Assembly (NCBI GenBank): GCA_041687695.1 | Contig: JAWLBL010000009.1 | Coordinates: 202,906 to 266,905, forward strand | Source of the DNA: Myxococcota bacterium | GTDB lineage: Bacteria > Myxococcota_A > UBA9042 > PHBI01 > JAWLBL01 | Direction of reading: 5' to 3' | Length of the DNA stretch: 64,000 nt | Part shown: one piece after another, positions 61,166 to 64,000 of the stretch | Layout: each line of letters opens with the position of its first letter | Numbering within the stretch: the stretch's first letter is position 1 | The notes under the pieces: generated by a model | Seen by the model: the letters and a program-made list of their open reading frames with translations, nothing else | Told to the model about the DNA's origin: nothing | Database searches by the model: none | Translations under genes and position numbers: made by a program

Positions 61166-61411
61166 TCCGGCCTCCCATGGCTTCCTTTGACGTTCGACAT
61201 GCATTCCGGCCGGTCGCAGTTTCAAGCGGAGCAGTTCACTGCCCACCATGCCCCTGTCCCACGGGAGCCCGCAAGGGTTTTCCTGGGGACCATCGGTTGT
61301 CGTGCGTTCTCGAGGGCTTGGAGATGCCACATCCACCGCGCGGCCCCGCGGAGCGCCGGCGCTTCGGATCACGACAAGGTGGAACACCCGCCCCGCGGTC
61401 CACTCAGTCCC

Positions 61412-61530
61412 CACCTCGCCCATCGAGCCCCACCCCTTCGCTCGACGGAGTTCGCACCTCGCCCATCGAGCCCCGCCCCCTCGATCGGCGGGGTTCGCAC
61501 CTCGCCCATCGAGCCCCGCCCCCTCAATCG
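61412..61530. repeat. Three copies of a 43-bp intergenic unit
   Basis: CACCTCGCCCATCGAGCCCC at 61412, 61455, 61498. Confidence 0.85.
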
Positions 61531-61637
61531 CTCAGATCGCCGCCTCGTCCGCCGAGCTCAGTTCCCTCGAACGCCAGGTCCGCGCCTCGCCTCCACCGAG
61601 TCCGCAGCCCCGCAACTCCTCGAGCGGGTCGAGCCGC

Positions 61638-63710
61638 TCAGTGGGGGCCGCCTCCGTCTGCAGGCAGCGCGGCCAACGCACGTCGCGCCAGCTCGCGGAC
61701 GATGGCCGGGACCCCTTTGGCCTTCAACACGACCTCGTGGTGGCGCCGGGCGCTGTCGACCTCTCCCAAACGTTCAGCGGCGAGCGCTAGCACATAGCTG
61801 GAGACGGGCCCGGGACGGCCGGGCTCCGAGGCTTCGGTCAGGTAGCCCATCGCGTCAGCCCACCCATCGGCCTGCGCGCTGGCCGCCGCTAGCGCCAACG
61901 TCACCTCGTGGGCTCCCGGCACGCCGTAGAGGCGTCGTTCATCGTAGTCCCTACAGCGCCGCCAGAGACTCAACCAGTCGGCCGATCGCTGGACTGCGAC
62001 GCTCAGCCAAAGGAGGCGCGCGACGTCTTCGAAGTCGGCTCGGCACGTGCCCACAGCCTGCGCGAGGAGCTGTCGTTCGGCGCTGTGCCGTCCGCGCGCC
62101 CGCTCCAGCCGCGCCCGCGCCACCAAGAGGCGCACGTGATCGGGCGCCTCGACCGCGGACTCGTCCAGCAGACGCCCCGCCTCCTCGAACTGGCCGAGCC
62201 CGGCCAGGGCCTCGACCAGCAGGAGGTTCGCCTCGAAGCGATGAGGCGTGCTCAGAAGCCGTCGCGCGAGCGGCTCGGCCTCCTTCCATTGGCCCGAGGC
62301 GACGAGGACCGTCGCCTGGACCCGCTCCCAAGCGGTGCTCGTCACGTCGCGAGGAGCCGCAGCCCTGGCCCGCGCTGCAGCCTGCCCAGCCCCTCGAAGC
62401 CTCCACGGCCTGGCGGCCAGCGCGGCCAGGGTCGCGAGCGTGTCGGGATCCCGAGCGGGGTCCGCCTCCCAGACCTCGACCCAGGGCGGCAGGCCCGAGA
62501 CGTATTTCGCATCACGAAGCCTGGCTCGTTCGCTTCTCCACTCGGCCGTGGCCGGCCCGCGCGCCCAATCCAGCCAGCGCGCGGCTTGCGCCACCTCACC
62601 GCGAGCGAGCAGCTCCTTGGAGTGGACAGCGAGCGCGACGGCGGGCCCGTCGATGCTGAGCACGCGAAGCGCGTCCTCTGTACCCACGAGGTAGACGACG
62701 AGCCCCTCGAAGTCCGTCAGCGCGTGGCTGGCCGTCACTCGATAGCCCTCAGCGCCGTCATGCTCGACGCTCCAAGTCGCGCCGCTCGCCACGAGATCGG
62801 CGACGAGCACGGGGCCCAGGGTCTCGCCCGTGAAGGCGAACTGCCATTCGGAAGGCCACCGATTCGGCCGCTTCGTCACCAAGGGGGCCTCGCTCGAGGC
62901 CATCAATTCGGCGACGTCGCCGAAGCGACGAGGCGCGAGCACACGACAGACGGCGGCGACGGCCAACGCTTCGGGACGGTCGGTCGGCAGGTCGGGTCTG
63001 CAGATCGGTCTCGCCATCTTCAGGACGTCGGCATGGCGGGCGGTGGCCCCGGGATGGGCGACCCGTGGGATGGCCGCCCTCATCAGGGGCTCGGCGAGAT
63101 CGTATCTCTGCAGCTCGGCCAACGACTCGGCGGCTCCAACCACGGTATGCCCGGACGGCTCGAACCGAGCTACGGCGTCAACCCCTTCGAGGATGGCCAG
63201 CGCCGCGAGTTGTTCGGCCGACGGCGCGTCTCGCTTTCGCTGGCCCTCGTGGAGCGTGGCAACAAGCTCCTTCCAACGCCCCTCGGTCAAGAGCTTCTGA
63301 TCGCGCTCGAACCTGCTCGCCCACTCATCCAGGGTCACGCCGCATGCGGCGCGCACCGGCCCGAGGTCGGCCTCGGGAAAGCCGAAGGGCAAGAGCGCAA
63401 ACTGATGCGGTAGAAAGCGGCCGAGCGACTTCTGAGCGGCGAAGCGGACGATTCCCGAGGGTTCCTCCGCGCGGCAGGCGGCTGCGAGCGTCGCCAGCAC
63501 CTCGTCCGCCGCAACCTCGGTCTTGGCCAACGGGTGGGGCTCGTGGGCGCGGACCCAGGCGTAGAGCGCGATGGGCGATCCGGGGTGCGCCGACCTGAGA
63601 CTCAGCGCCTCGGCGCGCGCGCGATCGACGAGGCCATGTTCCAGGTAGAGGTCGACCAGCCTGGCGTGGGACCAGACGTCCTTTGAGACGTGCCGCTCGA
63701 GCCACTCCAC
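61638..63710 (-). CDS. TPR-like repeat protein, 5' end uncertain
   Basis: Helical repeats (LVASGQWKEAEPLAR, LAGLGQFEEAGRLL, LGEVDSARRHHE); frame stays open upstream to a TGA near 63916 with no clear start or RBS. Confidence 0.6.
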   Translation of the reverse strand: MEWLERHVSKDVWSHARLVDLYLEHGLVDRARAEALSLRSAHPGSPIALYAWVRAHEPHPLAKTEVAADEVLATLAAACRAEEPSGIVRFAAQKSLGRFLPHQFALLPFGFPEADLGPVRAACGVTLDEWASRFERDQKLLTEGRWKELVATLHEGQRKRDAPSAEQLAALAILEGVDAVARFEPSGHTVVGAAESLAELQRYDLAEPLMRAAIPRVAHPGATARHADVLKMARPICRPDLPTDRPEALAVAAVCRVLAPRRFGDVAELMASSEAPLVTKRPNRWPSEWQFAFTGETLGPVLVADLVASGATWSVEHDGAEGYRVTASHALTDFEGLVVYLVGTEDALRVLSIDGPAVALAVHSKELLARGEVAQAARWLDWARGPATAEWRSERARLRDAKYVSGLPPWVEVWEADPARDPDTLATLAALAARPWRLRGAGQAAARARAAAPRDVTSTAWERVQATVLVASGQWKEAEPLARRLLSTPHRFEANLLLVEALAGLGQFEEAGRLLDESAVEAPDHVRLLVARARLERARGRHSAERQLLAQAVGTCRADFEDVARLLWLSVAVQRSADWLSLWRRCRDYDERRLYGVPGAHEVTLALAAASAQADGWADAMGYLTEASEPGRPGPVSSYVLALAAERLGEVDSARRHHEVVLKAKGVPAIVRELARRALAALPADGGGPH

Positions 63711-64000
63711 GGCAGCGCGCGGGTCGGTGTCCTGGCGTAGCTTGCCCGCCCCGACCAGCAGCTCGACGGAATCCTCGAGTGCGTCGCGGCCTCGGTCGGT
63801 CGGGATCCTTCCGGCCCCTGCGAAGGACAGCTCGACGAATGTCGTGCGCCCCTCGGGCGTGAGTCGACGGATGGCAACTTGGGCGCCTGCTCGCCGCAGA
63901 GCAGTAGCGTCCTGTCAAGTGGTGTATGAGCCGGAGTTCCGTTCGAAGGGGACCTACGCCTAGTCGTCGTCGGAGCTGTGGTCAGTGTGGGAAACCGCAC

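Overview
Very GC-rich bacterial DNA. The Cys-rich lipoproteins, Hanks-type Ser/Thr kinases, FHA protein and DUF4157 protein suggest Myxococcota or a related lineage (inference). About 48 protein-coding genes can be supported; I saw no rRNA, tRNA, transposase/integrase or canonical CRISPR. Recognisable modules: a nirK(cyt c fusion)-nirV-sco operon with a sigma54-type promoter; a 1-kb remnant made of four spliced fragments of a nitrate-reductase/NarK cluster; a vapBC pair; a beta-PGM/T6P-phosphatase/GH65 fusion; an HrpB-like helicase; ycaQ-like glycosylase; a YihQ-like GH31 lipoprotein; an eCIS-type DUF4157 protein and a distant Afp15-like AAA ATPase; pdxH; an iadA-cphB-cphA cyanophycin operon; and three intergenic repeat arrays. 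The best candidate for an undescribed system is a Hanks Ser/Thr kinase whose extracytoplasmic sensor is a c-type heme (CxxCH) module of the kind known from chemoreceptors and histidine kinases. It is translationally coupled to a Tat-exported ferritin-like lipoprotein. All family assignments come from motif recognition by eye; no database search was run.
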